From Setoptus koraiensis (Eukaryota > Animalia > Arthropoda): a DNA stretch of 63,640 nt. Positions 37,601 through 50,700 of the stretch are shown here, one piece after another. The stretch covers positions 20,584,361 to 20,648,000 of the forward strand of contig CM106585.1 of the NCBI GenBank assembly GCA_048013815.1, given 5' to 3'. Made by a program: the position numbers and the translations under genes. Under the pieces are notes generated by a model that had not been told where the DNA came from, searched no databases, and saw nothing but the letters and a program-made list of their open reading frames with translations. Each line of letters opens with the position of its first letter. Positions within the stretch are counted from its first letter, which is position 1.

Positions 37601-40600
37601 TATATCGTCTGGGTATGCCTTGATGTGTGTTGTCGAGCGTGGATATCGCATGCACACTGTGCATGTGTGCGCAATAAACGAAATATCCGCAGCGCATTAT
37701 GTAATGGTCAGCTGTTTTGCGTAACTGGCAATTTGTAGCTACAACAGCTGAACTGGAGCAGCAACAGCGGCAACAGCAACAACAGCGGCAACAGCAACAA
37801 CAGCAGCAACAACAACCGCGGCGCACCGGAGTCCGGCGAGTCGCTAGCGGCGCCTGGACGGGCCAAGACGAACGGCCGCTTGGCACGCAATAAAGTCATG
37901 TAATTGCGCGCCGTCTTTCTGTGTGTGCTGTATATTGTGCACACTGCACAGCGCCAAGATTGCGCGCCTTGATGTCCGCTGGCAAACAATTGGCCAACTT
38001 GATTACTCGTCGTTCGCACACGACACCCCTAAAACAGAACAAGTGAACAGATTATTATGACCAGCCGAGCGAGCCGATCAATAGACTGGCGATCAACTCG
38101 ACAACGGGCGCTAATGAGTCTGGGCCGTTTGTTTGCCCACAGCGCGCATTTGTTACCCGCTCGGCGCGCTCGTGCCCATTATCCCGTCGGGCCGATCGCC
38201 GCTGCCGGCCTGCTCGTCCGGCCCGCGCCCGTCTCGTCCGTCTCGTCTGGCCATCACCGAGTGCGGCCATCGCCGAGCGCGGCCAGCGTCGGGCCCAGCC
38301 GCGGGCCCGGCTGCTCGCGGCCGGCGGCGACCAGCGACATGCGTCGGCACAAGCCTAATTGAATTGTGCCCGAGCTCGAGCCCGCAGCGGCCCGCCACTG
38401 GCCACTGCGCATAATGCAGTTTGGCGCAGCGCCCAGCGAGCCGGCTGGCGGGCCGGCGGTAAGGTGAGCCGAGGCGCCGAATCACGATCGACCGGTCGGC
38501 CGGCATGACGCAAGGCATGTTGTGTTGTCACAAGGTTGGCGCGCCCGTGTTTGTGCACGGCGCTTGTTTGGCTGTTTAGAGGTTGCAAAGGGCAGCTTGT
38601 GGACAGTAACAACAATGCCAATTGTAACACGGCGCAGCAACGTAATTACAATGCAACAAATAGATTCGCCAGCGACGTCTGTGGCGAATCACACATAAGC
38701 CAGTTAGCGGCGTCGCGCCGTGATATCCGATGCCGTCCGCCGAAGCCGCTTCTCTCCGTTGCCAGCCTCCCCTGGCCAGTTCTGCGCTTCTTCGGCTTGC
38801 TTCTCGCTTCTGGATTCTTCGGTTCTCCGCTTCTCGGTTCTCCGCTTCTCGGTTCTCCGCTTCTCGGTTCTCGGTTCTTCGCTTCTCGATTCTCCGGTGG
38901 CGCGCATCTTGCAGTGAGCGTATGTAGTGAGCGGCAGCAGCAGTGGCACTAATATAAGTGATATGTAATAATAGGCGAGCACGACAGAAGCTCGCCTATT
39001 ATGAGTGCTACCTGCATGATTGGCCGCTGCGTGTTTAGCTGCGGCCGGCCGAGTGCACTTGTTATCATTGTTGCCACTGGCGGCCGCCATATAATTATTA
39101 TAACATTACCAGTGGCTAATATTGTGTGGCCAGGTAACATTGTGCGGCCAGGCAACATTGTGCGGCCAGGCAACATTATGTGGCCAAGGGCGTCGCGGAC
39201 AGCGAAACGAGAGCGCCAACAAGCCAACAGGAGCCGCGATTGTTGCGGCATTCGATGGGCCGGACAGAATGCGAGCACGGCGCGAACGCGCAGCCACATA
39301 ATGTTAGAGAGCACAGTCCGCCAGAACAGAGTTCGACAGAGCACAGTTCGACGGAGCAGAGTCCCAGCGAACAGAGTCCCGGCGAATGGGAATCCAATCC
39401 AGCAGCGGACAATGATGGCGCACAGCGCAACAGGCCAGTGAACAACAATGACGCCAAACAGTGCCGTGATGGTGTCCGGTGTGCACTTGTTGAGAAGCTT
39501 GCGTCGGGCCGGCACGAACTTGTTGCGGTCAGCACTTGTGTCCGGCGAGTCTCGTCTCTGGACGCGGCTTGTCGGCCGGCCGCTCAAGTTTAGTTGTGGG
39601 CCGGTCCGTAAGTCGGTCGGCGGGCCGGCGACGCTCGAGCTGGGCGCGTCCGGGCGCAATGTTGACCAATGGCGCTTGTCAGCTCAAACCGGCGCAAACC
39701 GAAACGGGCTAATAACACGGTCGCCAAATAACACAATCGCCAAACAAGGCACGACAGCGCTAATGATTGCACGGCCATCTCCGCCTGCGCCGGCCAGTGA
39801 GCAAACATTGATCGATGCCAGCGCCGAGCCCATCGATCTTGTTGCTGTTGACGCTGTTGTTGCCGTCGTTGTTGCCGTCGTTGTTGCTGTCGCTGTCGTT
39901 GCTGTTGTTGTTGAGGTCGGCGCTGTTGCGTCAGACGTGCGCGGTGTCACTGCGGCCGTCTATACATTCACCAGGCATTCATACTAAATAAATACGCCAT
40001 GAATATGGCGCAATGCATTGCGATATTTTATTTCGCACACTGGCCGTCGCAATGCCGCGGCGCATTATGCTGACGAACGAGCGCCGCTCAGGTGCCGGCG
40101 CGACGCAGTTGCAATTGGAGACGGATTCGATTTTAATGTTTGAATTGGATTTAATTTGCGGCCGTGATTGGCGGCCCGTGATCGGCGGCCGGCAGCGGGC
40201 CAATCGGCGGGCACTGCCTCGGCCAGTGGCCAGTGTCCAGTGGCGCGCGAAGCGATTTGCTCAAGTTTGCGCCGCTCAAGTTTGCGCCGCTCAGATTTGC
40301 GCCGCTAAAAGTGGCACCAATCGCAATTTTGTGCAATTGTGCAAATTTGTACCGACGCACCAATCAACTTGACGGCGCCGCAACAAATCAGTGGCGAACA
40401 CTGCGCACAGTTGCACAACTCGCGCTCAGATCGCGGCCCGTTTGCAAATGCATCAACAACTCGCCCATCGCTCGGTTGCTGCCCGCCGCTCGGATTGACT
40501 CGCCGCGATCGAGCGGCCACTGGCAACGCGCCACTGCCGCCAACACCGACAACCGATCGGGCGCTGCAGTCGGGCCAACAACAACAATTGATCAAAATAC

Positions 40601-41438
40601 GCCCGATTGGGCGCTAATGAGACCCGCCGACTGTCAACCGGCCACGGGAACAGTTGAGCGCGGATTACACGCCGCGCCAATCGCAATTTGGCCCAATTGA
40701 CCAAGAGCAAAGGTGATCCGGCCGCGGCCAGTTCATTTCGCCCGAGTGTCGCTCTGGAGTCGTGCCCTGGCGGAGCGTCGCGTTTTGGCGAAGCGTCGCG
40801 CAGATTAAAGTGTCGTGAGTGCCGTGATTTGTTGGTTGCGTTGGCGCCGGCACTCGCGCCGAACAACAGCAACTGCACCGAGCAACGACGACTGGACAGC
40901 GCCCTGTCCGCGACGGCCACACTTTGGCGCGAGCTCGCAACTGTCAGCGACTGGTGCGCGTGGCCTGTCGCTGCTACGTGGCGCGTGCTGCCAGCACGCG
41001 CAGCTAGGCGCCTCGAGGAGGCCGCGCAAACTTTTTATGGCTGTTGATGCTTTGCGCAATTACAGCGCCAACTGGGCCCACCTTGCGCCCGCTGATTGAG
41101 AGGCCAGAACAGGTTGAGTGGCTGTGCGGCGCCGAAAGTGGGGCCACGAGCCCGTCTGGCTCACTGTGCACTGGAGCGAGGGCGACAAACGCGCAGAGGG
41201 CAAAGTGACAGGCCGAAGGGGCCCCGAGCGCTCGGCTCGCGCGCGCGTATCGGTTGCACACACGAGTGACGCACACGAGCTCGCTCGGGCGGCCAATCTA
41301 CAGTCTAGAGTCGAGAGTCTGGAGTGAAGTGTTCCGAGGCGCCGCGCAATCGCCAGTGTCGGCCCACTCTCGGCGACTTTGCCCTGCGACTGGCAAAGTT
41401 GCCAAGCCGCCCTCTTAAAGTTTCAACCTGAGCCCCGT

Positions 41439-41509
41439 CAGAGGCGAACAGAACCTAACAGAGGCGAACAGAACCTAACAGAGGCGAACAGAGCCTAACA
41501 GAGGCGAAC
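41439..41509. repeat. 20-bp minisatellite CAGAGGCGAACAGAACCTAA, 3.5 copies
   Basis: Read directly; one substitution in the third copy. Confidence 0.9.
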
Positions 41510-44500
41510 GGGGGCCCGCAAGAGGCCGGCTCGCAGGCAAAGAGCGCAATAAGTGAGCACTGGCGAGAGCGCCAGTTGACAAGTTGCCAGCGAGAGCGAG
41601 AGTGAGCACATCGCGCGAGCCAGCTGATGGGGCCGGTGTCAGTGGCCCATTTGTTGCTGCGAGTGTGTCACTCGCTGTCAGCTGTCACTTGTCAGTTATC
41701 GGTTGTCACTTATCGGTTACCAGTTGCCAGTGGTCGCTTATGAGTGTGCCGGCACCGGAAGGGCGCACATGGGCACGCTCGGTCTTGTCGGCACACCCGT
41801 TATTGTCGGCACAGCGGGCACAGTGGGCACAGTGGGCACAGTCGGTCTTGTCGGTGGACGGCTAATAGAGCTAATATTATATTAGAGCGCGCATACTATT
41901 AGCGCCAGCCCGCACTAATTGGACCAGTGGGCGCTCCCGTGTCTTGGGACGCTCGCGTTGTTGCTGGCCCCAACAACAACACCAGCCGCACAGTGTGTGT
42001 CGGGCCGCTGGAGAACGCGCAAGCTGCAACGCGCCCACTTTGTGCCAAAAATGCATACACCAATAGCAAATATACAATAAATACTTCGGCTCGCCTTGCA
42101 CAATATCGCGCAGCGCAATCAGTCTGGTTCGGCATCGGCCCAACAGATTGGCCGGTCGCGCACTGGCGGCCATTCACTGTTGGCAATAACTGTTTGCCTC
42201 ATCGGTTGGCTTCATCAGTCGCCTTCATCGGTTGGCTCTTCGGGCGGCCTCATCGGTCGGCCCATCGGTCGGCTCGAACGGTCGCCCGAAACGATTCCGA
42301 TTTGCACGAAACAAACGCGCAACCCAATCCAAGGGCACGCAACGGAGTCGCGCGGAGTCGCATGGAGTCGCTCCGAGTGGCGGAGTGAATTGAATTGCCC
42401 GTCGGGCCGCGCCAGGGCCAAACAAGAAACAACCGACACTGCAAATTGAATGCCGTTCGGCTGGCGCTGCTCGTTGCCGTTCGCGATGCCTCTCGGCGAA
42501 CCGAGCCAGTTCTCAGTCCGAGTTAGCAGTTCGAATTCTCTACTCGAATTCTCGGTTCGGGTTCTCAGTGCGAGCTGTCGGTGCGAGTTGTCGGCCGAGG
42601 ATCGCCGATTGGAAGCCCGAGCCGCCCGATTGGAAGCGAGCTGGCAGCAATCGAGCGCGGGCCAAAGGAGAGAGCCGATCATTCGATTGGCCCATTTCGA
42701 CGAGCGTGCCATCTGGCCGGTGTGCGCGCCGCCGACCATTGCATTCGAGTGCGCGACAACATCCTTTATGTGCCCAATAATAAGACTACGAGGCTTCAGC
42801 GCACCCATTGAGCGCCGCCAGACACCAACAACAACTCAATCATTCCTGATGTGTGCAATGTAAACAATGGCCGGCCGGCTCTACCATTGTGCCGCACTAC
42901 CTGACCGAATGGCCAATTGTCAAGCAGTCGTTTGGCCACGTCGGACCGGACGACGGCACCGCGCGTCCGTTGGCATAATTAAACGCCGGCAAGTGTCGCT
43001 GATACCGGTCGGGTTAGTTAGCCGTCCACTGCGGGCGATGCAGCGCACGGGCCGAGGTCGCCGCTGCGACACGGGCACGACACCCGCAGCGCAGCTAGCC
43101 ACGCTCGAACTGGCCGCACCGGCCCCCCCGCCCCTCAGCCCAATTATTTAGTGCGCGCTCACACTGAGGGCCAGCTCATTATTTTCATTGTCACCATTTG
43201 GGCCCGGCGATCGGCGGCCAGCGAGCGCGAACGGCGGCGACAAGTAACGCCGTCACTTGTGCGTAGCGGCGGCCCCGTGGCTTGTGCAACGTCTTGCACG
43301 TCGTGCTCATTACGCGCGTGCAAATGCGACTGGTCGTTTGCGTCCAGCGCGCGGTCGCATTTGCACCAGTGGGCACAGGTGCCCGGCGCCGCCAGCGAGG
43401 GCGGCCGGCAGAGGCGAGAGGCCGCGAAAGGCCGCGAAAGGCGATCGCGGTAATAACAGCAATAATCGAGCCTGTGCGAGCTGTCACACAACTGCACAAA
43501 CGCGCCCCATTTGCGGCCGGCGCGCTGCCCAATCAAGCAATTGATCATTGTCGGCGCGTTCCGTTTGCCTCGTCCGCGTCCGCGCCCCGCAAGCCGCCCC
43601 GCAAGCCGCCTCACGAGCCGCCTCACGAGTCGCCCCACGAGCCGCCTCACAAGCCGCCGGACGGCGGTCCCGAGACGCCCAGAGGCTGGTCGCACTCGTC
43701 CGGCGCACAATTGTCAGTGGCGAGTCGCCGGGCGACGGTCAGCGGCCGTTAAGCCGCCTGCAAGCTTATGAGCTGTTATGGAAATGAGCCCCAGTTAATT
43801 TAGTGCCTGCCAGTATTTTTGGGCCCGCCGACGGCATATCCGTCAGTGACACAATGCGCCCATTGTGATACGTACGCGCCGCCGCCGGCCCGTGTGCGTG
43901 TTTGTGTGTGCGTGTTAGTGAGAGGAGCAGGGCCCCGCGGTTCGTTACAGTGCTGCGACAATGGCCGCTGCAAAAAGGCAACACAAGCCAGCGCGCAGCA
44001 GAGAAGTGAGCATCCCCCGAGCCGCACGGGTAATCCATTTGCTTGTTAGTGTTCATTTCTGTTTATTTTCTAAGGTCTCTCGTGCACAACCAGCGCCGGA
44101 CCACGTACTGTGCGCCGTTTGGCACGTACTGGCTGCGTCGCTGTCGGCGACGGCCAGTGTCGCATCAGGGCCACGCAAATGGCCTACATTAGCCGCCCCG
44201 TGCCACAGTTGTTCCATTATTGCCTCCTTCTCCGACTCTCCGACTCTCCGGTTTTGCGATTCGCCGACTCTCCGACTCGCCGACTCTCCCGTTCGCCGTT
44301 CGCCGATCCTTCGTCGCTGCTGCCGCTCGGCTGCGGCTCTGCGGATGCCCGCCCAGCGGCGGCCAATTCTCCAGACGATGCCAATTGGAATTTCGTTTCG
44401 TCGCCAACAGCCCAATAAGAATGCAACACGCCTCCGGAGTGCTCGCCAGCATTGATACTGGCACCGTCGCCGTGTATCCTTTGACTTTGTCGTCTTCATC

Positions 44501-47500
44501 GATGCCGTCGGCCACCGCCAATGGGGCCGCCAACAACAGCGCCAGCAATGATTTATGTGGCCCGAGCGTTTCGCCGGCCCGCCGCGTACAATATTGAATA
44601 TGCGACCAGCCAGTCGCGCAGTTATGAGCGCCAGCACCAATGCACCGGTTTGCTATTTGCACACTGTTCGCGTCATGGCACGCACGTCACGCGACAACGG
44701 AACAGGCGCTGCCTGCTACCTGCTGCCCGCTACCCTCTCTGCTGGACAGTGTAGGCAGTGTCTAGCCGCTCACCTGGCCGGCCGCGGCCGGACGCGCGGT
44801 TCAATTGGAGCTCTCTTCGGGCCGATCGGAGTCTTATCTGGCTCGCATCGCTCCTTGCGTTCGCTTGTGCGCCGTGTGTGCTATCAGCGCTAATTCATCG
44901 GCGGCACAATGGCACCAAAAACACGGCGGTGTCAGCGCCGCCGCCGCCGTGTCAGTGGGCCACAATGGCGTCGTCATTAGATTAATTATTATTTTTTAGC
45001 CACCATTTTTTGGCCGGCCATCCGTGTTTGTGGCAGTGGCCGGCCAGCGGTGCGACGCGAGCTGCATTCAATCAGGGCTGCCCGGCAGCAGCAACCACGG
45101 AACCACAAACAACGGCAACGCCAACTCATGTTAATTTGTGTGCGCCAAAGCGGCCGGACGCCGCCAGCTAGAGGGCAAAGAATCAGCGAGGGCAAAGAAT
45201 CAGCGAGGGCAAAGAATGAGAGAGGGCGAAGAAGCAGAGAGGGCCGAGAATTGGAGAGCGGACGGAATTGAGTTGGTTGGGGCAATTATTAGTTGACACT
45301 GACGCGCCGCGTCATGCGCTCAGCCAAATGGATTGTTAGCACGCGCTGACCAGCGCACGATGACTCACGCACCACTGCCGCTGACCAGTGGTTTTGTTTG
45401 TCGCCACGGCCAGTCAGCACGTTGTCTAGCCGTTGTCGTCGGCGTTGTTGGTGTTGTTGTTGTTGCCGCTGCTGCTGCTGTTGTGTCTTGGCTGCACTCT
45501 CGATATTGGCCCATCGTTGCCGCCAGACACGCCGCTGTGGCTGCTGCCGCGTTGTCATTATGACACACGTAACCAGCGAGCCCGGCGCGTTCAGACTGTG
45601 CAAATGTCAGCAAGGGCAGAGCCCCACCGAGTGAGAGTAATTTTAAAAGTCAACAAAATGCGCACATCCGATCAGCGCAACGCCATTACGACATTAGGAC
45701 GTTACGACATTACGACATGGGCCTATTATGTGTGTTATGATACCATTATGATATTGTCATGTTTTGGCGGTGCCTGGATATTATTATGAAACGATGATGA
45801 TATTACATGTGATATTGTGATGAGAGCTCGAGACCTGATTGACTCTCTATTGCCACGCATATTGTGTGTTGTTTATATATTTCATGTGCAGCAGCAGCAG
45901 CAGCTGATGGTGCACATGAAGCTGCATGAAGCTGGCTGCTGCCGCTGCACCAACAAACTGCTGCTGGCAAGTGGCCGCAAGCTCCTCCCCTTGATGCGTG
46001 CGCTGGCATGCGGCGCGGCCGAGGGGGTGGCAAGAGGAACAAAATTGATGGTCACTCTTTGCGCTCTGCTCTGTGGTTGTGGTGCAGGCCGCCACCACTG
46101 CACCGTAGCTCACAGCTACAAACAGAGCGAGCGGCACAGAGTCCGGTGTGGTGTGGAACAGTTCGGCCGGCGGCGCACCATCGCGCGATGTTATCAAGGT
46201 GCTGCCGCTGCTGCACCATGAGCAGTAGCAGGCGGAGTTGGTCGGTGCCGCGCACAAATTCGATCGTCGTCGTCGTCGGGAGCAGCCGCAGCGAGCAGTT
46301 GAGTTTGCTCGCGGGGTCATCCGCAAGCCCGTGATCTGATGCCAGGCATCATGCGTGTGTGTGTCGGGGGCTGGGTGGGGGAAGAAATATAGAACTATAG
46401 CAGGCTGATGCTGTTGCTGCAGTAGTGATAGCACGGTGGAGTATAGAATTGGTTGGTGGCATTCGCGTTTAGAATGTCGTCTCGTTCGCACTTTCCACTC
46501 GCCCAAACACAAACAGACGCACACATGCACGCACAGACGGGCACGTTGGCACAGTCGCACTCACACACAAGCGGCCGACAGTAGACAGACGGACGAGCGA
46601 ACGGACGGACGGACTGCGAGCAACGATTGAGAGAGGGAAAGAGACAGAAGAGAGAACAAAAACTAACACAACCATTCGACATTCGACGGTGAACGTGATC
46701 TCGTGCTGTCGCTCTGTTGTTGTTGTATCTCACAACAGTGCAGTATAGAACAAAAATCAAACAACAATTCGACAATTGTGAGCAGAAAATTCTACAATCG
46801 AACTACCAGCACCAGCACACACCATTTGATATTCTCATACACACACACACACACACACACACCACACACAAGAATCACGGCAGCAAATTCGGCCTGTTAG
46901 CGAATCAAGTTGTTCGGCCAATTGTTGCCAGAGCCTCAGAGGCAGCACGCTAATTGTTACCATTATTATTTCTATTTATTTCAAATTATCTCCATTTTGT
47001 TTATTTATCGACGATAGACAAATACAACAATAACGGCCAATCAAGCGATAATTCGCCAGGACAGACACCAACATTGAGAAGAAATCAAATCACAGTAACA
47101 GCCAGACAAACAGCACGCTCGAAAGCGAATAAAAAGTAAAAAATATGCCCACATCGGGGGCAGATTCGAGACGAATCGACAACAACGGCAAATGAGGAGG
47201 AGAACAGCAAGAAAAAATGCAGTTGCACATCTACTCCAGTCTCACGCAAACACTGCACACCAACAACAACAACAATTATCACAACTCCGCCGACACAAAA
47301 CAACGTTGCTGCCACCAAACCGAATCATCGTCAAATATCGTCGGCATCTAGGTGCCATTGTCGAAATTAGTAACAGCGCCGTAATCCAATATTAAACAGT
47401 GACAATTCAACAGCCATGACCTACAAAACCGTCACATGAGCACGAAAAGAAATTTAATAACGAGATATTCAATAATAAGAGATTCAACAATATTTAGAGA

Positions 47501-47769
47501 TTTAATCCCCAAGATAACACACACACACACACATTGTTTACAATCGTAATAACAACTAATAGCAACGTTGAGCGCCACCGTCTCACTGTTTCCTCGTGAG
47601 AGCACAACAAGTACAACACATCAATATATCAAAAATATAGATCGACCACAGCAGCAGCAGCATCATCATGGTCCTTGTGGTGGGCTGGTTCTCGCTAGTT
47701 ATTGAGGCCTTCATCCTCTTGAAATTGCTACCAACAGTAAATAGACGCCAATTTGTGTGCACTATCAAC

Positions 47770-50700
47770 ATGATGCTGTCTATGTCAACAATATTGATAT
47801 TATTATTATTATGTAATATACAACAACAACAAAATGATGTGATTGTTTTGGCTGCGCCAAGCTCAATTGGTAGCAATCAATTTGTGTTAAATCATTCCCC
47901 CAATAGTAATAATAATAACAGAAATTACAGACGTGAATCAATATTTATACCCGTTAATACGCCATCATTACAACAACAACAGCAAAATTTCCATCCATCA
48001 CAACTAATGCCCCAATCACTGCCACTATCGCCATCTATCAACAATTATCAAACAGAACAACAACAATTAATCAATCAACAACAGTATCAGCATCATCAGA
48101 TGCTCATGCTACCCTTAGCTGAATCATTAGTTGATCGTAGACTATTGGATTCAACTGAGCTTAATCCTCTAGTCTTACCATCGTGCCAACTGCCCCCCAC
48201 ATGGGCAGGTAAATGGTATCAGATGGGCACTAAAGATCCGATAAGATTTACAAATACAGAAATTAGTGAAAGAGGTGTTTGTCGTGATAGAAAAGATGAT
48301 AAGTTTCTATTTGAGCATCGTTCAACAAGATGTCTCGTCTGCATGGTGATCAATGAGCGACATATCAATGTGTTGCAATATAAAGAATCAGCCTCAGAGT
48401 GTCACATATCATCTTCTGCGTATGCCTCAATGCTTCAAGACGGCCACTCATCACATGAAATATTAGATAATCTTTGCTCATCAATAACCGGAGATGCCCA
48501 GCTAGAGTCCCTATTTAGACTTGAGACATCTCCTATAGAGTGCCCTATTATTGGTCAATACACATTCACCTATGATAATTGTAAAGTTATACCGTCCTCA
48601 TTAGAGTCGTGCATAGACAAAAAACAATTAAATTTCAAATTCAACGCCTGTCCGGATGTTGGCGGCTCCGAAAGCAAAAGTAGGTGTTACACAACAATAA
48701 TGAACACAACACAAATAAGATAGGGCCCAGTGCTAGAGAGGAAGAGAGAGAGAGAAAAAAACATGTAGAGATAGCTGAATGCTAAATGGTTTTTATCTTA
48801 AATATTACACACAATAACGCTGAGAAACGTTGATGGATGATAGTGGCTATTGTGTGCTTAATCAATCATGATTGATCTTGCCAATAATAGAGAAAAAGAT
48901 AGAGGAAACAATCATGTTCTTGTCTAATTTTTTGTTGTTTATCACACACATATACACTTCACACACCAACTAATATCTATTTGAACACTTTTTCATAACA
49001 ACCTTAACATATTTACCATAACTATCTTCCCTCGTCGTCTTATGTTGTATAAACTCGAATATAACTAGGTGAGGTACTTAAATGTTATGCCGATTGGACT
49101 GAAGGTAGCAACTATTATATGATTGGCAGATTGGAGCCAACAACAGCAAATAACAATGTAGACAGAGGAAAATTTCGTTGTTTTGTCTATGAGAAATTGC
49201 CCGATGGACAAACAATTTTGATGGCACAATCTTTAGAGGAAACTTGTTATGGATTGATAAGTGCAAGCGAGGGACCACGTACAATGAGAATTACTGCTAA
49301 GCCACCCACTTCTAGGTGTAATTTTCCTGATTATATAACAGGTCGACAAGCTTGGGTTAGTGTGGACAATTCGCTTATTTACATGTTCAACCAAAATTCA
49401 TCCAATTACCAAGTTAAAGAAACTAGAGAGGGAAATGTAATAGAGGAGGCCACATGTATTAAGCAAGTGTTTACGCCACAACAAACAGCGCGTAGGCAAC
49501 ACCAAATTGTAGACAATCAACAATTACAACAACAATATCACTCGTCATACCATTCGTCACACAGCGATACAAACTATGATCAATTCCTAGTCCAGGCAAC
49601 GAAGAACTGGTAAGTTTGAATTCACATTCCAAATGTGATTGCTTTTCTCCATCACTCACTCTCGCTTATTCGCCCCCCTCAATGGTATCTTATTCCATTT
49701 TGAATGTGCGTATTATTCAGATTAGACAGTCATTTAATGTGTGACCTAGAGAATTGCCCTCTCTTTCTAAACATTTAGCTAGAATTCTCTCCAATGATAA
49801 GTGCTATCAAGACCTATGGTTTTATTGCATGTATCGGCGAACAGTTTATTAGGTCAACAATTATCCGCTGATTGAAAGCATATTGTATAATAGAGTCAAA
49901 TTAATAATACTATAGAAGGACTCTGCTAGACGAGCAATTCCTTCTAATAGGGCTATGAATTTGACTTGGAAACAATGATCGCCGGCGTTTAGTTCTCTTA
50001 TTCTCCATCATCTAAATAACTTGAATAGTCAATCGCCAGAGATGGTCGCCTGTGTTAGACACACAACTATCCAGACACGCAAGCGTCATTACATATGCTG
50101 GTTGCATTATACGTAGGAAATGATCTATTTAATACTACGTTCTGTTCAAAATGCTAATTAGTTGGAAGAGTTTGACTCAGCTTTAGCAGCATCTTCTTGG
50201 CTATTCAATTGGCCCACGCAACAGATTTAACTGGCTTGTTGTAAGCTAGGCTACTTATGCTGTTGTTGTTATTGCAAATATGTTGTTGATATAGCTGACA
50301 ATCAGCATCTTAAATTAAAGTGGATAGGATCTTATTCGAGAATCATCATAGTTGGTGAGACTTAATTTATTTCCTAGACAATCACACAAACCTACAACCT
50401 GCCAGTTAGTTAATCATAGATAGATAGCCTGCTTTTCGACCACACTCCATAATCAATGACTTCCTTTTAACATCCTTTAAAGTTACTAGAGCAACTTTTT
50501 GCTACATGCCTCTGACTCGTGAATCTTGTCACCCAAACAAGAAACAAACTTATCAAACTGAGTGATACTACATTAAGAGAAAAGATCATTTTATTTTGTA
50601 TATTTAATGTCTATCTTAGAAGATGAATGATGCAACACCATTGATTTATAGGGGTGTTGGCGTGCTAAACAGAGTCAGTCTAGGCCAGCTAAATTGTTGA

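Noticed and set aside
41439-41509. CRISPR or telomeric (CCTAA) array
   Set aside because: Head-to-tail 20-mers with no spacers; CCTAA occurs only once per unit.
8400-47600. Hundreds of 60-250 aa ORFs in the six-frame track across the desert
   Set aside because: They overlap on both strands, are built from microsatellite or stutter translations (poly-C/V/T/Q, RA-rich) and show no family motifs. This is expected in GC-rich, stop-poor DNA.
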